Source of the DNA: Hyphochytrium catenoides
Taxonomy: Eukaryota > Protista > Hyphochytriomycota
Direction: 5' to 3'
DNA: 64,000 nt
NCBI GenBank assembly: GCA_900088475.1
Contig: FLMG01002472.1
Location: forward strand, 18,979-82,978
The notes below the pieces were generated by a model. The model searched no databases. It was given only the letters and a program-made list of their open reading frames with translations, and was not told the DNA's origin. The translations under genes and the position numbers were made by a program. Shown here one piece after another: positions 11,801 through 26,800 of the stretch (position 1 is the first letter of the stretch; each line of letters opens with the position of its first letter).

Positions 11801-14800
11801 GTTGCGTGAGCCCTCCAGCATCTCCTGGAGTGGTCCGTCTCTACATAACTTCAGATGGTTTATCGTTCAGTCACGGCAGGCAGAACTTTACCTATCACAG
11901 CCAAATTTTCTTGACATCTCTGAAGCCCGTGCACCTGCCAATCACTCGTTCCGCTGGGATATCAGTGTATGGAACTGGATTTCAAAACACTTCAGATTTA
12001 GCTTGCTTGTTTGGTACTAATATCACACCAGCTAAATTCCACAGCTTGTCGCACATCACCTGTTACCCGCAGCAATCTTTTGAAGACCTTGCCATGGACC
12101 AAATAGAGATAGCGGTCTCACTAAATGGGGTGGACTTCTCAAAGTCCTCAGTTCCATTTCCTGTTGAGCGTCCAATCTCTGCAAGAGCGTTACCCTATGC
12201 CGGGCCATCCTCTGGAGGGACCAAGGTCGTGATTACTTCCATTGAGGAAAAGCATAACAGAACAGCCTTCGGGTGCACGTTTCAAGATCGCTTCGTTCTG
12301 GGTGTGTGGGAGCCTAACGGACTCAGCTGCACAACACCTCCAGGGATTGGGACTATTAAAGTGACTATATCGTCAGAGGAGACGACGCTATATAAGCCGC
12401 AGATATTGGAATTTCACTATTACGGTGAGAAAGGGGTTTTAGTTTGATTCAGAAGCATCGTGAGGCTGATGTACGTTTCTCCTAGATGACATTATTGTTA
12501 GCACTATCTTCCCAACGCAGGGACCGGATGTTGGGAATACCAGAGTGTTACTGCTAGGTATATTTCCTAGCCACGAGACTCTGTCCTGCAGGTTCGGTGA
12601 TGTATTAGTGGAGGCGTTTTGGCACCACAAAGGCGCTGTTGAATGCATATCTCCTCCCGGAAAACCAGGACCGTCTACAGTGCAGGTGACTGGAAATGGC
12701 AGAGACTTCTCCCAACCCCTAAGATTCCACTATACAGGTAAGTGCACCAGCTACTTATCAGTTATATGTTGTCTCTAACCTCTGCCGATAGGTGTCTTGA
12801 CCGTCACGGCGATCCACCCGTACGTGGGAGTGACAAATGGGAACTCTGAAGTCGTTCTGTACGGAACGGGGTTCACTAACGACTCTAGATGCGTTTTTGG
12901 GGAGATGCATGGTAGAGTTCTTCACTTCAGTGATACCAGTCTTCGCTGCTTCTCTCCACCTCAAGCACCTGGGACCTACCCCATCGGTGTGGTCACCGGC
13001 AAAGAGCTCGTCATGTCACGAGACCTATGGTATACATACCGAGCCCTACCAGAAGTGGGAGCGCTACGGCCGAACTCTGGACTTTCACGAGGGGGGACAC
13101 TGGTTGAGTTGGACGTCATCTCCAACCTCCCACCAAGTGGCTTGTGGTGCAAGTTCGGTAGCCTGGCCCCTTCTATGGCTATCATCGACACAAACAATAG
13201 GGTCTTTTGCCAGACTCCAGACATTAACTCTTCCAGCAGCTCAGAGCTTGCTATGGTGCAAATCTCTGTGAATGGCTACGACTTCTTCAGCGTCGGGTTA
13301 TCATTTCTGTACTATCGCGACTTTGAAATGTCTAAAGTGGTTCCTGACACTGCCAGCGAGTTGGGGGGGACAAGGATTAAAGTGTTTGGTGCATTTCCAA
13401 AAGGGAAACTCTACTGTTTATTTGAGGACAAGTTTGGGAATGTGAAAGCTGGTAGCGCATCTCCTTCTCCCACCTTCGTGATCTGTCGGACCCCTCCAGC
13501 CCCACCCGGAAAGTACCATCTCAGCATCGCCCCAAATGCCGTTGACCGGTCATCTACAAAGCTGACCTTTACCTACATTGAGGCGACGTGGGTTTCGAAG
13601 AGTTTGCCTGATACAGGGCCTGCAGAGGGGGGAACAACCGTCAGGGTACTTGGATCAGGAATCCGGAACACTACACGGCTGGCATGTCGGTTCGGAAAGG
13701 TCATTGTTCCTGCGAGATTTATTGACCGCACCGCCGTCTCTTGCACGACTCCACCGTACACCGATAGCACACCTGCTTCCGTAACCCTTGATGTGAGTTT
13801 GAATGGCGTGGATTTCAGCATTGGAGGTGTGATGTACAAGTACGTAAGGCCCATGAGCCTGTTAGAGATTCAGCCAAGATTAGGACCAAGCAGAGGCAGT
13901 ACCAACGTCACCATCAAGATTGATGGAGCACAGGGCCGGGATAAGCTGCCCTGTTACTTTGGAGATCAGCATGTCATTTGTCACGTGATAGGCAGCGACC
14001 TTTTCTCCTGTTCATCTCCTCCGCATGACCCAGGAACAGTGGCGGTCAAACTCATACTTGAGAATCAAGAGATGTCGATACCGTCCAAGACCTTCCATTA
14101 CTATTCCCCTGTGAGAGTCTCGAGTGCTATACCTCGTGTTGTACCCTCTGGTGGGCGGACGTGGCTGACAATATCAGGTGGTGGTTTTCTGCCGAGTCCT
14201 GACCTCTCGTGCATGGTAGGAGAAAAGAGAGCCCAATTCTCGTATTGGCTCTCTTCTACCGCGGTAGCCTGCTTTGTACCAGGTCATAGGCCGGGAAAAT
14301 ACCAAGTCAGGGTGTCGAACAACGGTCAGGACTACAGTCAGGGAGCCCGATATGTCGTATACGAGGACCCTATAACCGTGACTGCGGTGACGCCATCTTC
14401 TTTACTGCTAACGGGCGGCATAGTGACAGTCAGGGGAAGTGGCTTCAATTCCTTTCAACATCTGGAGTGCCACATTGGAGGCATGGATCCCACCCCTGCT
14501 GTGTATCTAAACGCATCAGCCGTCAAGTGCTTTTGCCGCGGGAATGAAGCTGGTCAGTACGAGGTCGTGCTAATGGACGCGCTAAAAGGATGGGCCAGCA
14601 GCAAAACAACTCCTGTCCATCTCAAGTACCAGCCATTGCCTGTTGTCGACGATATAAACCCGTCGAGGGGAGGACTGAAAGGCTCCACAGTGATAACCCT
14701 CTCGGGGTCAGGTTTTGTCAACTCTACGACTGCGATTTGCAGGTTCTGCTGGAACTCTAATGGACACTGTTCACCATCTGCCCAGTCACCAGCAGAATAC

Positions 14801-17800
14801 GTGTCTTCCGAGATAGTACTTTGCCGGTCCCCCCCATCGTCATATCCGAGTACCATCTGGTTATCTTATGCTCCTGATGGTCTTGTCTTTACCGTTGCGG
14901 AAATGTCATTTCGCTACGAGAACGGCCCTATAGTCCATGAGAGTTACCCTCTAAAGGGCTCTGAACTGGGTGGAACGCTCGTTCGCTTCAGGGGAGAGAA
15001 CTTTTGCGCTGGCCCTTACTCTTGTCTTTATACTGGTTCAGCTGGACCGGTAGCTACGACCGCCAAAGCTTTACAACCAGGACTGCTTGCGTGCAAGTCA
15101 CCACCCTACAGACCTGGGAGAACGTTACTCTCCTTAGTCTCTAAATCGTGTCCTTCCGAAAAGCTGACTTTCGAATATTGGTACCACGAAGCGGTGACAC
15201 TGCGCCATTTAACACCAGCGAGCGGAAATTTGCGAGGTGGCTCTACTGTAAGAATTTACGGCAACAACTTTATCAACAGCTCCTCTATGACCTGCAAATT
15301 CGGCGCAAAGAGGTCCCCAGCAACGTTTTTATCAGCCTCCCAGCTTAGCTGTAAATCTCCGAGCAATGAGGTCGGCGAGGTGCATGTGACGATTAGCGTC
15401 AACGGGTTTGACTACACAAGCGAGCACCTTCTTTTTACCTATGTCAGAGGACTTGAGGTGGTCCAAGTGGAGCCAGCCAGTGCACCCGTGAGTGGGAGCA
15501 CCCGGATACTAGTTCAAGGTACGGTGAGACGAGGTGTCCGAACACTTGTATATTTTATGAGTATTAATTAATGAAACAAGCCCCTGATTGACTTTCACGT
15601 GCAGCGAACTTCTTGCAGGAAACCTACAACGTGACTTGCCGCTGGAGTCATCATGTGGATGCTGTAAGGGGAGTGCGTGAAGCTGAAGGCCTTATCTCCT
15701 GCCTCGCTCCTCCTTCTCCTCGAGCACAGATCGTAAGGCTCGAACTACACGCGGAGGACACATCACTGCCTACGTTTGGCATCCGCTTCCAGTACTTCGA
15801 CCCACCTCTTGTGCAGAGGATTATGCCTTCTTCTGGTAGTGAAATCGGGGGGCCTCCTCTAAGGATCTTCGGAGAAGGGTTTTTCTCATCCTCACTCATG
15901 CTCTGCCGTTTCGGAGAAGAAGAAAGGGACATAACATCTGCTCGCTGGATCTCGTCAACGGAGGTGCACTGTCAACCACCCGTCCGCCAACCGGGAGAGC
16001 TATCGCTATACCTTGCCATGAATGGGGTTGACTTTCTTTCGACTGGTCTCACCTACACTGTGCTACAGAAGTTGGAAGTATTATCGTTGAAGCCCTCCAG
16101 AGGCCCCTTGTCGGGCGGCACAATTGTCCATCTACAAGTCAACATAGTTGTAGCAGCAGGGTGCATCCCTACGTGCAAGTTTGGTGACGTTCCGGTTACA
16201 GGCCGATCGGTTCAAGGCCACGTGATATGCATTGTTCCCCCTTTTTCGGGGTCGTTGTCAGGCCAAGGACGCGAGGATGTTAGCGTTATTCAGGTGCCTG
16301 TTCGGCTCAGCCTGGACGGAGGACCCTTCACCCCCAGCGGTCAGGGTTTTGAATACTACGAGCCCCTCTTGGTTTTCGACTACTCACCCAAATCAGGCTC
16401 GATACGGAAGGGCATCTGGGTAACTCTCATAGGCTATGGGTTTCTACCTAGCCAATTACTTGCTTGCTCATATGGCGGTGTTCTGGTCCCTACACTTTAT
16501 CTGAATCATTCAGCTGTGCAGTGCTATGTGCAAAGCAATTCCTCTACCTTGATGGATGTGGCCGTTAGCAACAACGGCCAAGATTTTGCGGTAGCCGGAG
16601 TCCTTGTAGAGAGGCAAATTCCAACAGTTGGATCGGTATCTCCGCAGTCTGGCTCCATTAGCGGTGGAGGGTACATTATAGTCAGAGGAAGCGGTTTCTT
16701 AGATTCTCGACAACTTAACTGCCGCTTCGGCTTTTTCTCCTCTCCCACCGTCCAGTTCGTTTCTGGGTCCGTACTCAAGTGCCAGGTCCCCGCTGTTGTC
16801 TCTGCTGGCCAAATGGTAGTACAAGTCAGCAACAATGGGTTGGATTTCTCAGAATGGGGCCCGAAGTTTTATTTCTTTGAAGATCCTGTTATTGACAGAA
16901 TAGCTCCTTCCTCTGGACCAGACACTGGAGGAGTGCCGGTATCTGTTTATGGCAGGGGATTCTCTGTGTTTGGTGGACTCTACTGCTTGTTTGGGGATAA
17001 AATGGTCATAGCTACATTCCGCTCAGAGGAAGAAGTTATTTGCAGAAGCCCCTCAGCCATCGAAGCAGCTGGCGAAGGTAGACAATCTCCGTGGTCAGGG
17101 GTGAGTTCTAAGGCGATAACAGTTCGCGTCGTAAACCATATGGGAGAGGGTGGCAACAGCAGTCTCCTTTTCACCTACTTCCAGACTCCTAGAGTGCAAA
17201 GAGTTAGCCCCTCTTACGCCTTTGCTGGCCTTGAAGTCACTTTCGAGCTCCATCTTGACACTCAATACCTGCAACTGGAAGCCTGGGATTGTGTTTTCCT
17301 AGGAGAGAATGTTAATGTGGATCAGACAGAGCGCGCCACACTCTTCGGTCGAAACGGAGTGTCCTATTGCCGTTATACGCCACGCAGCTTGGGATACTAT
17401 CGTGTTGGTCTACTGCAAAAGGAAAGTGGGGCGCTCATCACCGGTAAGGCTAAAAATAAGATGTTTGTCAACTCCCTATTCTTATCCGGTGGGCCCACTG
17501 AGTTGATATTTGTGATGCAGGCCCATATGTGTCGGTGCTCCTGACACCCAAAATCCGCAGTGTGTTCCCAACTGCAATTCCTGTGTCTAGCACGGGAGAG
17601 CTTCATGTTAGCGTAGAGAATCTCGCGACCGATAATTGGTACTGCAATCTGGGCGTCGAGCGGTCGAGAGCCCGATGGCTTGCTCAGGATGTGATTGCAT
17701 GCACATACAATAGTTCGCACTCTCCGGGACTCCTAAGTCTTCAGCTTTCCAACGATCTCTATACCGTCGAACACGAAGGTGGGATAGAAGCCTATCCAGA

Positions 17801-20800
17801 AGAGGTTATCAGTAGCATTCGCCCTCCATCGTGCATCAACAGCGGGAGTTGCAGGGTTACGGTTTCGGGCCATAACTTCAGAAACTCGACGTATCTAAGC
17901 TGCTCCTTTAATGGAAAGCCGGTTCAAGCAAAGTTCCTGTCCACGAGCAAGCTGGAGTGCGTTGCCCCTTACATTGAGGCTGACAGCGAGGGTAAGTTCC
18001 CCAATTTAGTAAGATTCCCGCGACACTGACCTGGGCTTATGCAGGTGCAGTTTCCCTGTTGCTGCGCGTAAGTAACAATGGGGTTGTCTACAGTCAGAGG
18101 TCCGTACCATTGGCTCTATATGGCCAACCGGACGTCACTTCAATCGTTCCGACGAGTGGATTGAATAGCGGTGGGACACGAGTTCAATTGACTGGACACG
18201 CCTTCCCGTCAAGTGCAGTCTGCCTATTCGGGAGGACAGTGGTTGAAGCCACTGTCTTCTCCAGTACCCGGGCCACTTGCATTGCCCCCAAAATGACAGG
18301 CAATACTTCAGTTCACCTATTGCTTACATCTGAAGACTTAGGCTTTGCTGGCTCTGGGCCACTTTTCTCGTATATCGCCAGACCATTAATCTCTAGGTTG
18401 AGCCCCCCGATCGTTGATGAAGATGGCGGGAAAACTGTGACCGTCACGGGGTCCTACCTAGACCACGGCGTTAGTGGATGTCAGTTTGGCAACCTCAAAG
18501 TCACCCCCGTGCAAATCTCCGCTATAGAGGTCAAATGTCGAAGTCCGCCTCTGCCTGTCGGCAAAGTCCGCTTCAGGCTTGTACTCCATGACGCTCATGT
18601 TATAGAGGGTGATGATTTAATTCTGAGTGTGACTCCTGCGGCACAACTGGCCTTTTCGAGACCCAATAGTTCGCCTGTGACAGGAGGAACATATGTGAAC
18701 ATCTTCGGCTCTAACTTTTTTAGCTCTGAGCAGGTTCTCTGCAGGTTTGGATCCTACTTAGTGGCTGCAAAGGTAATCAACGAGAAGCAAATAACGTGCA
18801 AAAGTCCCCCGGCAGAGCATGAGGGTCAAGTGAACCTGACCGTCGCTTTAGATGGAGTGGACTTCCTACCTTCAAACCTTGTATTTTCTTTCACATCTGC
18901 AATCGTTGCTACAGGAATTTATCCATCTCAAGGTTCCCTCCGGGGCGACGCTTCGCTGTATGTGAAGGGTGAAAACTTTCCTGCACGAGCCCTTTACGAA
19001 GGAAGATTCACGTTGCTAAATGAGGTAGTCAGGATAGTCCGCTGCACATTTCTCACCTCCACTGAGGTCAGATGCGACATTCCGTCAGGGCTGCACGAGG
19101 GTGTGGCTGTCTTCCAGCTCTGGGTCGACGGTCAGAGGAAGGGTGACTTTAACTACCAGCTGTACAAGGAGCCCAGGGTATTTGAAGTCTCACCCAAGGA
19201 GATCATGGAAGGAGGGCAGCATTGGATCACTGTTGTGGGTGAAAATTTCATTAAAACGCAGAGCTTAGCTTGCAGACTGGGTGACCTTATGGCAGAACGC
19301 GTAGAACGGGACGACTCTACAAGGGCCAGATGCCTCTTCTCGCTGAAAAAGAGCGGAGTGCTCCCTTTGAGTCTCTCGCTCAACGGCTACGACTTTTTAT
19401 CTTCTGAGGAATCAAGGGAATCAACGGTTCGCGTGATAACGACCCCCACCATTACCCATATTCACCCTTCAAGGGGCCCGCCCTCGGGTGGTACCATCAT
19501 CACGATATATGGCAACAGTCTCTCTCAGGCCGCGAAGGTATATTGCTTTTTTGGATCGTCACTTTCTCTAGCCGTAGTTGTTTCTCATTCGGAGGCCAAC
19601 TGCCGGTTGCCCATGCGCAGCGACGGTACACCCTCTACTCTGCCGGTTGGCTTGGCGATAGAAGACCGAAAGCTCTATGCAGACCACAACTTCAGCTACG
19701 TACCATTGCCAGAAATAGAGTCTATTGAACCATCCGTCGTTACTGTGGGTTCGAGTTCCAAGATAGAATTGAGCGGGAAGAACTTCTTGACGGATCCGAG
19801 TTGCGATATGGTATGCCGATTTGGCTCAACGGTTGTGGAAGCCACTTGCGACGGGCCGACAAAGCTGCTATGTAAGACCCCCGAGTTCACCGAAGAGGGG
19901 GCAGTAGCGCTTGACGTCTCCTATAATTGGAGAGACTGGAGCGTCTCTCGTTTGCTCCTCAGGGTTCTGAATCCACCCTCGATCGTCGATGTGGCTCCTC
20001 TCTTCCTAGACGACGTCGGGGGCACACCAGTCACAATAGTTGGTACTGACTTTGTACCAGGCAAGGTTTTCAGGTGTAAATTTGGAGACACTCTAACCAC
20101 GGTTGCAAGGTGGGTGGATAAAGGGACAATAGTCTGCAAAGCTCCACCTCACAGAGCTGGAGTGGTTTTGCTGTCTGTATCAAATGACGGCATATCCTTT
20201 TCAACGTCGTCCCGGTTAGTGGAGTACCAGACTTCACTTTCAGTATTTAGGTGGAGTTTCCGAGGACCTGAGGACTCAACCATTGCTCTCTATGGAGGTA
20301 TCTTTAGGAAGAGAGATCCTCTTTCTTGCGCATTCCTGGACACCGAACGAGATGGCTCTATGTGGTTTAGTCCTGCTCTTGTTGTCAACACTAGCCTTGT
20401 CCATTGTGATACCCTTGGCCTCCCGCCCGGGAAATACCATCTAGAGCTCACCTTAGATGGTAAGCACTTCACTGGCAACCGCGTCCTTTTTTATGCAGGC
20501 AGTCCACCCACGCTTGAATCCATCTTCCCACGTTGGGGAAGGTCCACGGGTGGCACCGCCGTAACAATTACAGGCCGTGGCTTCAGGGAGTCATCTGAGC
20601 TACGATGTCAGTTTGATGGCAAAGTGCATACCCATGCAGTTTATGTTGACGAGACGCGCATACATTGTCACACTCCGGCCTATGATGTACCTCATACCAG
20701 TCAGATTCTTTTGGTCCGACTAGAAGTCTCCAATTGGGGCAATGTCTACAGCGTTGACGAGAAGACCTTTGGCTTTTACCCAGAACTTACGATAGTCGAT

Positions 20801-23800
20801 TTGGATCCGAAAGCAATAGGGGAGAATGGGGGCACCATTTTCCTATATGGATCAAATTTTCTGCCGTCGGACTACTTGGGTTGCAAAATTGACGAACAGG
20901 AAATGAAAGCCACGTTCATCTCATCTACTCTAATATCCTGTCCGGCACCGTCCCTGGAGCCACGTCAATCAAAGGTGTACGCTACCAACAACGGGGCAGA
21001 TTACGTGGAGAGTCCATACCATCTGGCATACGTTCCCAACAGCGTTTCCTTCGGAATTTTTCCTTGCAGTGGGCCTCTAGAGGGAGGAACAGAGGTGACA
21101 GTGACGGGTCAAAATTTCTTACAAGCAGCCCCGGTGGGGTACCATAGCAAAGTCTTTTGTAGCTTTGGCAAACTCGAGGTGGCAGCTAGCCATGTGTCAG
21201 ACACTGCCATCAATTGTTTCAGCCCATCCTCTCAAATCATTGGTCCGTTACCTTTTTCGGTGATTATGAGATCAACAAGATCAAAGCGGAGAATTGAATT
21301 CTTGGCGCAGAACTTGAGCTTTGCCTACTACCGTCAGCCTTCCCTAAGGGCTGTGGCACCGTCTTCAGGTTAGCATGATGGAAACCTTAGCTAGCTCTAA
21401 CTCTCGTTGCTCTTCTCAGTCTCACTATCGTTTGATGTAGGCAGCTGCTCCGGCGGGTCTCTTATTACACTTCTTGGAGATGATTTCAACCCTGAAGTCA
21501 CCTATTCCGTCCGATTCGCCCTCAATAATGAACAAGTGACGGTGAATGCTACTTACATTTCCAAGGATATATTACAAGTCGTTACCCCTCCAGGCCTGCC
21601 AAACATGGCCGGAAGGCTAGTGGACGTCACGATCAGCGCTAATATGGTAGACTTTGGTCGTGATTCTGCGCTATTCTATTATAATCTTGATAGCCAGATT
21701 CATGCTTTATACCCAAATGAAGTGGATGAGACTGGTGGAGGATTACTCTTGGTCATTGGGAGCAACTTTCGAGAGGTAAGCATGTCGTTTTCTCCTACAA
21801 AACCTGCAGCATGCTAACGTCCATACTTGCCAGTCTTTTCCAAACCTCCTTTCATGTAGGTTTGATGGCCTAACGGTAAAAGAGGCAACATTCCTGAACT
21901 CGACGCATCTTTTATGCCCCTATCCAGCCCATCACCCTGGAAGAGTGATGGTGGAGGTGACGACCAATGGGGTCGACTATTTGGATCAGTCCATAGAGCT
22001 CTTGTACGTTGTTGCCCCTACTATTTTAGACGTACAACCTAGCCTGGGCCCTGCGAATGGAGGCTCAAGAGTCACTATTATCGGAGACAACTTTCGCAGC
22101 GCTTCCCACCACTGCTGCTTTGGTGCCCATAAAGTGCCTTTGGAGTTTATCAATGGAAGCCGTATTGTTTGCACATCTCCGCTCCTGGAGGTTAATGGAG
22201 ACGGTCACGCAGTGCCATTGACAGTGACTTCGAGTCAATGCAAGCTAGATAGTTTGATGGACATGAGACTTGCTCTAACTTCGGAGAGCATTTACCGGCC
22301 ATCATTCTACTTCCATAGTCCGCTTGCTTTAGTTAGCATATCTCCTTCACGCGGCCCCTTGGCAGGGGGGACGGAAGTCTTGGTTACACTGGATCCTATG
22401 CTTGAAATGGGTGGAGTCTACTGCAAATTTGGTGACCTCGTCGTCCAGGGGTCCACTTTAGGCCCTACTCTAGTACAATGCACTTCTCCCGCACAACCCA
22501 ACCTGGGCCTCAGAAATGGAGTGGTCCAAGTGTCATTGAGCTTCAATGGTCAGGACTTCTCCATCTCGACTCTGGGCTACACGTATTACAATTCACCAGA
22601 AGCAGTCAGAGTGAATCCTCGGTTTGGGACAACTGACAAGGAAACCACGGTTTTAATTATTGGTTCAGGCTTTACTTCGGCATTCCCTTCTGCTTGTCGC
22701 TTTGGGTTTTCCGAAGCTACCGCAGCTGAAGTGCTCTCTTCCACGGAGCTGAGGTGCACTACACCTCCACATCCGGTAGCTGAACTTGTTACTATATTCT
22801 ACTCTTTGAATATGGTAGACTTCTTTGACCTAGGTGTAACCTTCGAGTACACTTTCAGACCAATAACATACCAGATCCGGCCGACGTTTGGCTCTCTAAG
22901 CGGTAATACCCTGTTGACCGTGGTTGGTAGCAACTTTGCCGAGGCTGCCGAGTTGTGGTGCATTATTGGAGGGATGCCTGTTCCTGCAACTCCCATATCG
23001 ACTGAGGAGGTTACTTGTCGAACCCCATCATGGGACAAGTTAGAACTGGAAAAACTGGAGGTGTCCCCTCCTTTGGAAGCAGCAGTATACGTTATGGAAA
23101 GCCCCACACCAGGTTTCTTGGAGAATTATTCCGGAAAACGAAACCTACCCGATAGCTATGTCTTGTTTCAATATGTGGCCGAATTAGAGATTGTCTCAAT
23201 CTTTCCCCGCTCCGGCTATACTCGTGGTGGTACTAGAGTTGACATCCGAGTTCAAAACCTGCAGAACTCCTCAGCAACGGGATGCCGTTTTGGAGGAATT
23301 AGGGTGCCAGCTACCCTCATCAGTTCTGGAGAACTGTCGTGTCTAGCTCCCGCCGTAAACCAAACGGGCGTCGTACCTCTGGAAGTAACCACGAACGGGG
23401 TGGACTTCTCTACCGCAGTTCAGTTTGATTATCGCCTGGAGCCCAATATTTACAAAACCACGCCCGGTAGAGGAGGATGGAAAGGTGGTTCTCAAGTGAC
23501 AATAACTGGGTCCAATTTCTATCCAGACAGCAAAATCACTTGCATGTTCGGAAGTCAGGTTGTTAGAGGGTCATACGTTGACAATGAGAATGTATTGTGC
23601 CTGACACCACCAGGGGAGGCAAGGAATGAAATCCAAAGAATATCTCTATTTGCATCGCCCGCCTGGGATCCGGAAGTGCAGAGAGTGACGGTTAAGGGGG
23701 CGAGTCATGCCGAGGAGGTCCAGGTGATATCTACCTCCGCGTGGGGAGATGTGCAAGAGGTGCAAGAGCTGAGCATAGCACTGCCAATCAATAATCCGGA

Positions 23801-26800
23801 GATTCAAGTCATAAGTACAAGACTGACTCATCGACTTGAAGTACAAGAGGTAAGCTTGGATGGAACCGCTTTTGTAGCTGAGGAGCAACGGCTTTCAATC
23901 GTTTGGGAGAAAGGAGCCGACGTCAGTGGCATTGTAAAATTGACCTACAATGACCAAAAAACCGATGGGCTTCTGTGGGACGCACTGTCTTCTGAGCTGA
24001 TCGAGGAGGCGCTGTCAAAGCTGAGGGGCATGAACAGGCCAAAAGTCAGAGTTGAAGACACACCGATGTCTAAAGACCTGATCGTAACGTTTACGGGTAC
24101 CATGGGTGATCTGAATGATCTTCAGCTTGATATCTCGCAGTTGAGCGGCAGAGGTCTTCAATGGCAGAGCATTGAAGTCGTTAAGGGAATACCAGCAGCG
24201 ATACAGTCAGTTATCCTCCAGACAACTAACGCCACATCCGTGACAGGCTCCTTTTGGTTGGGCTTTCAGGATGCGAAGAGCGACCCTATCCACCCGCGCT
24301 CATCTGCCCTCGAATTTGCCGCCGCCCTCCGCCCACTTTTCTCCGTCGTAGGGCAGCTAAATGTTTCCGGTCCGGTGAGGAACACGTATGGCGGCTGGAC
24401 TTGGGAGGTGTCTTTCGTCCAGAGAGGAGGTCCTCTTAACCTTTTGAGGCCTAATTCGTCTCTCTTGTCAGGTGGGGGCTATGACGGTGTATCGATAGAG
24501 GTCAGAGAAAAAGTAGCTGGGACTAGCGCTCAAGTAAGTGGCTCCTTTGCTATTGTCGCGCACAATGGCAAGCGCAGTGGCCAAATCTCCGTTAAGGCCA
24601 ATCCTGCTGACCTTGAGAGCGCTCTTGGCGCACTGGAGCTGGGTCCCATCAAGGTGACGGAAGGACCACAGGGCTGGAATGGCGGCAAAGCGTGGCGATT
24701 AACCTTTCAGGCACCAGGGAGTGTACCGGCACTGACAGTTGATACTTCAAATGTTATGGGAACAGTTCCACAGTGGAATGTGCTCAGGCAAAGTAAGGGA
24801 ACGGACCCTGTTGTGCATGAAGTCACATTTAGTTGTCCGAACAGTGCGACCATCTCGGGCCCCATATACTTTGTATATAATGGGGAGGAGACAGCAACGG
24901 TTTCATTAGCTACATTATCAGAGATGCAGCTAACTACACTTTTAGCTGCCTTGCCATCAATTGGTTCAGGTGGTGTGAGTGTTTCAGCTGAGCTGTCATC
25001 GTTACATAGCCAAAGTTATGAAGTTACGCTAAAACAACCCCCATTTCTGGATCCCAAGACTATACCCGAACTCATGGTGGGCAATCCTGCAGCTGTGACT
25101 TGTGGAGGAATCGTGGGCGTCGCACAGTCAGTTGTGAAGCTAATTGGCAACCCCTTGCAGCCTCTGACTGGTGAAGTTCAAATATCCTTTGGATCTGAGA
25201 GAGTCAATGTCCCTTACGACTCTTCCTCAACCGAAATGGCCTCAATTCTCTCCGTAATTCCCGCTGTCGGTAAGGTTAGAGTGTCACGGACGGCCGTTGA
25301 CGTTAACCTTAAGACTTTCGCATGGTCTGTTACATTCATTGAAAGAGCTGGAGCTCTTCCCCTCTTCGCAGTAGACGACTCGCTTTTGCAGACAAATGGT
25401 GTGGCGGCAGTTACCGCTGACCGAGTTACTAGCAGCGGTGATCGTTGCTGCCTGACGGGGACCTTTACTCTTTCCTATGGTGGCCATACAAGACTCCTTC
25501 CTGGTACAGCAGCTGCGACAACCGGAGCGACGGCGGTAGTTACGTCGGAGGATTTGAGGTCCTTCATTGCCGCCGGCGATGATGTATCCATTGGCGGTAC
25601 TGTGTACTCCGTCGACACGAGTGGGCTTTTTTCCGCGACTTCTCTGCCCCTTAACATGACCTACGTGGGTCCTACGCGGACTGGGATTGAAATTTATACT
25701 CAGTTTAGAACCGCGGCATTAAATGTTGGGTCGTCGGCTAGCCAGATTTCAGCGGCGCTGGACGGCCTTCCGCAACTTGGGGATCAGATCAACGTCTCGC
25801 AAATAAGCGCATCTCCGAACGGTTTGATGGCGTGGAGAGTAACGTTCCGAAGCCCAGGACCTCGATCTCTCATTCGAATGAACGCTGAGCAGGTGAGCAT
25901 TACGGATGGCACTGCTCTGGCAGCTATCGGAGGTGTCAGGAGGATACAGTCTGGAAGCTTAGGGCCAGTTCAACGTGTCTTCCTTACGGCACCAAGCCTC
26001 ATTATGTCCGGTAGCTTCCGCTTATCTTACAAAACATGGCTCTCGCCGTTTCTACCTTTTGATGCTCCATCCTCACTCGTCAAAGAAACATTGGAAGACT
26101 CAGGACTCTTTGCATCAGTAACGGTCATAAGGACTAGGGCGGATGAGCACCCTGACATACCTGGCATAGGGTATGTATGGACAGTAACTTTTCATTCTAT
26201 CGCTACTAATCTCAACCCCATTGAAGTGATTCCTAACGTGGAGACGCAGTTTCATGGCACCGCAGCGTATGGGCAAGGGTTGCCTTTCACTGCGGCAACT
26301 GGGAGTACTCTCTCAGGTTTATTCTGGCTGGTCTACGACGGTCTCGTAACGCTGCCACTCTCGTATGACGCTTCGGCCGAGGATGTTGAAAATGCCCTTA
26401 ATCAGATTCGAAGCGTACCGCGCGTGACTGTCAGTCGCGAGGGACCTGATCTAAATCAGGGCTATACCTGGACTGTAACCTTCAAGGACAGGCCTCTACC
26501 ATTGAAGGAAGTCTCTACCACCTTTGTGGAACGACGACAACTTGTGGCTCATCATGACCTTTCAGGCACATCGCCCGCAATATCCGTCAGGAAGGTTGTA
26601 GCTGGTTCAAGGCCCTCAGGTTACTTTCGCCTGGCATTCGCGGGTGCTCTGACTCGAGCCATCCCTTATAATGCCACGGCAGAAACGGTAAAGTTAGCAC
26701 TCGAGGAGATTCCCTCATTGGCTCTACACCGGGTAACAGCAGAAGACAGGACTGAATTAGCATACTCTTGGCTTGTAACGTTTGCGAACGCGGATGATAT

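Noticed and set aside
18941-21292. RGD (about 18941) and furin-like RSKRR (about 21278-21292) in the ectodomain
   Set aside because: Such short motifs are expected by chance in 10,000 residues. The RGD occupies the usual G-x-x-x-GG turn of the IPT repeat.
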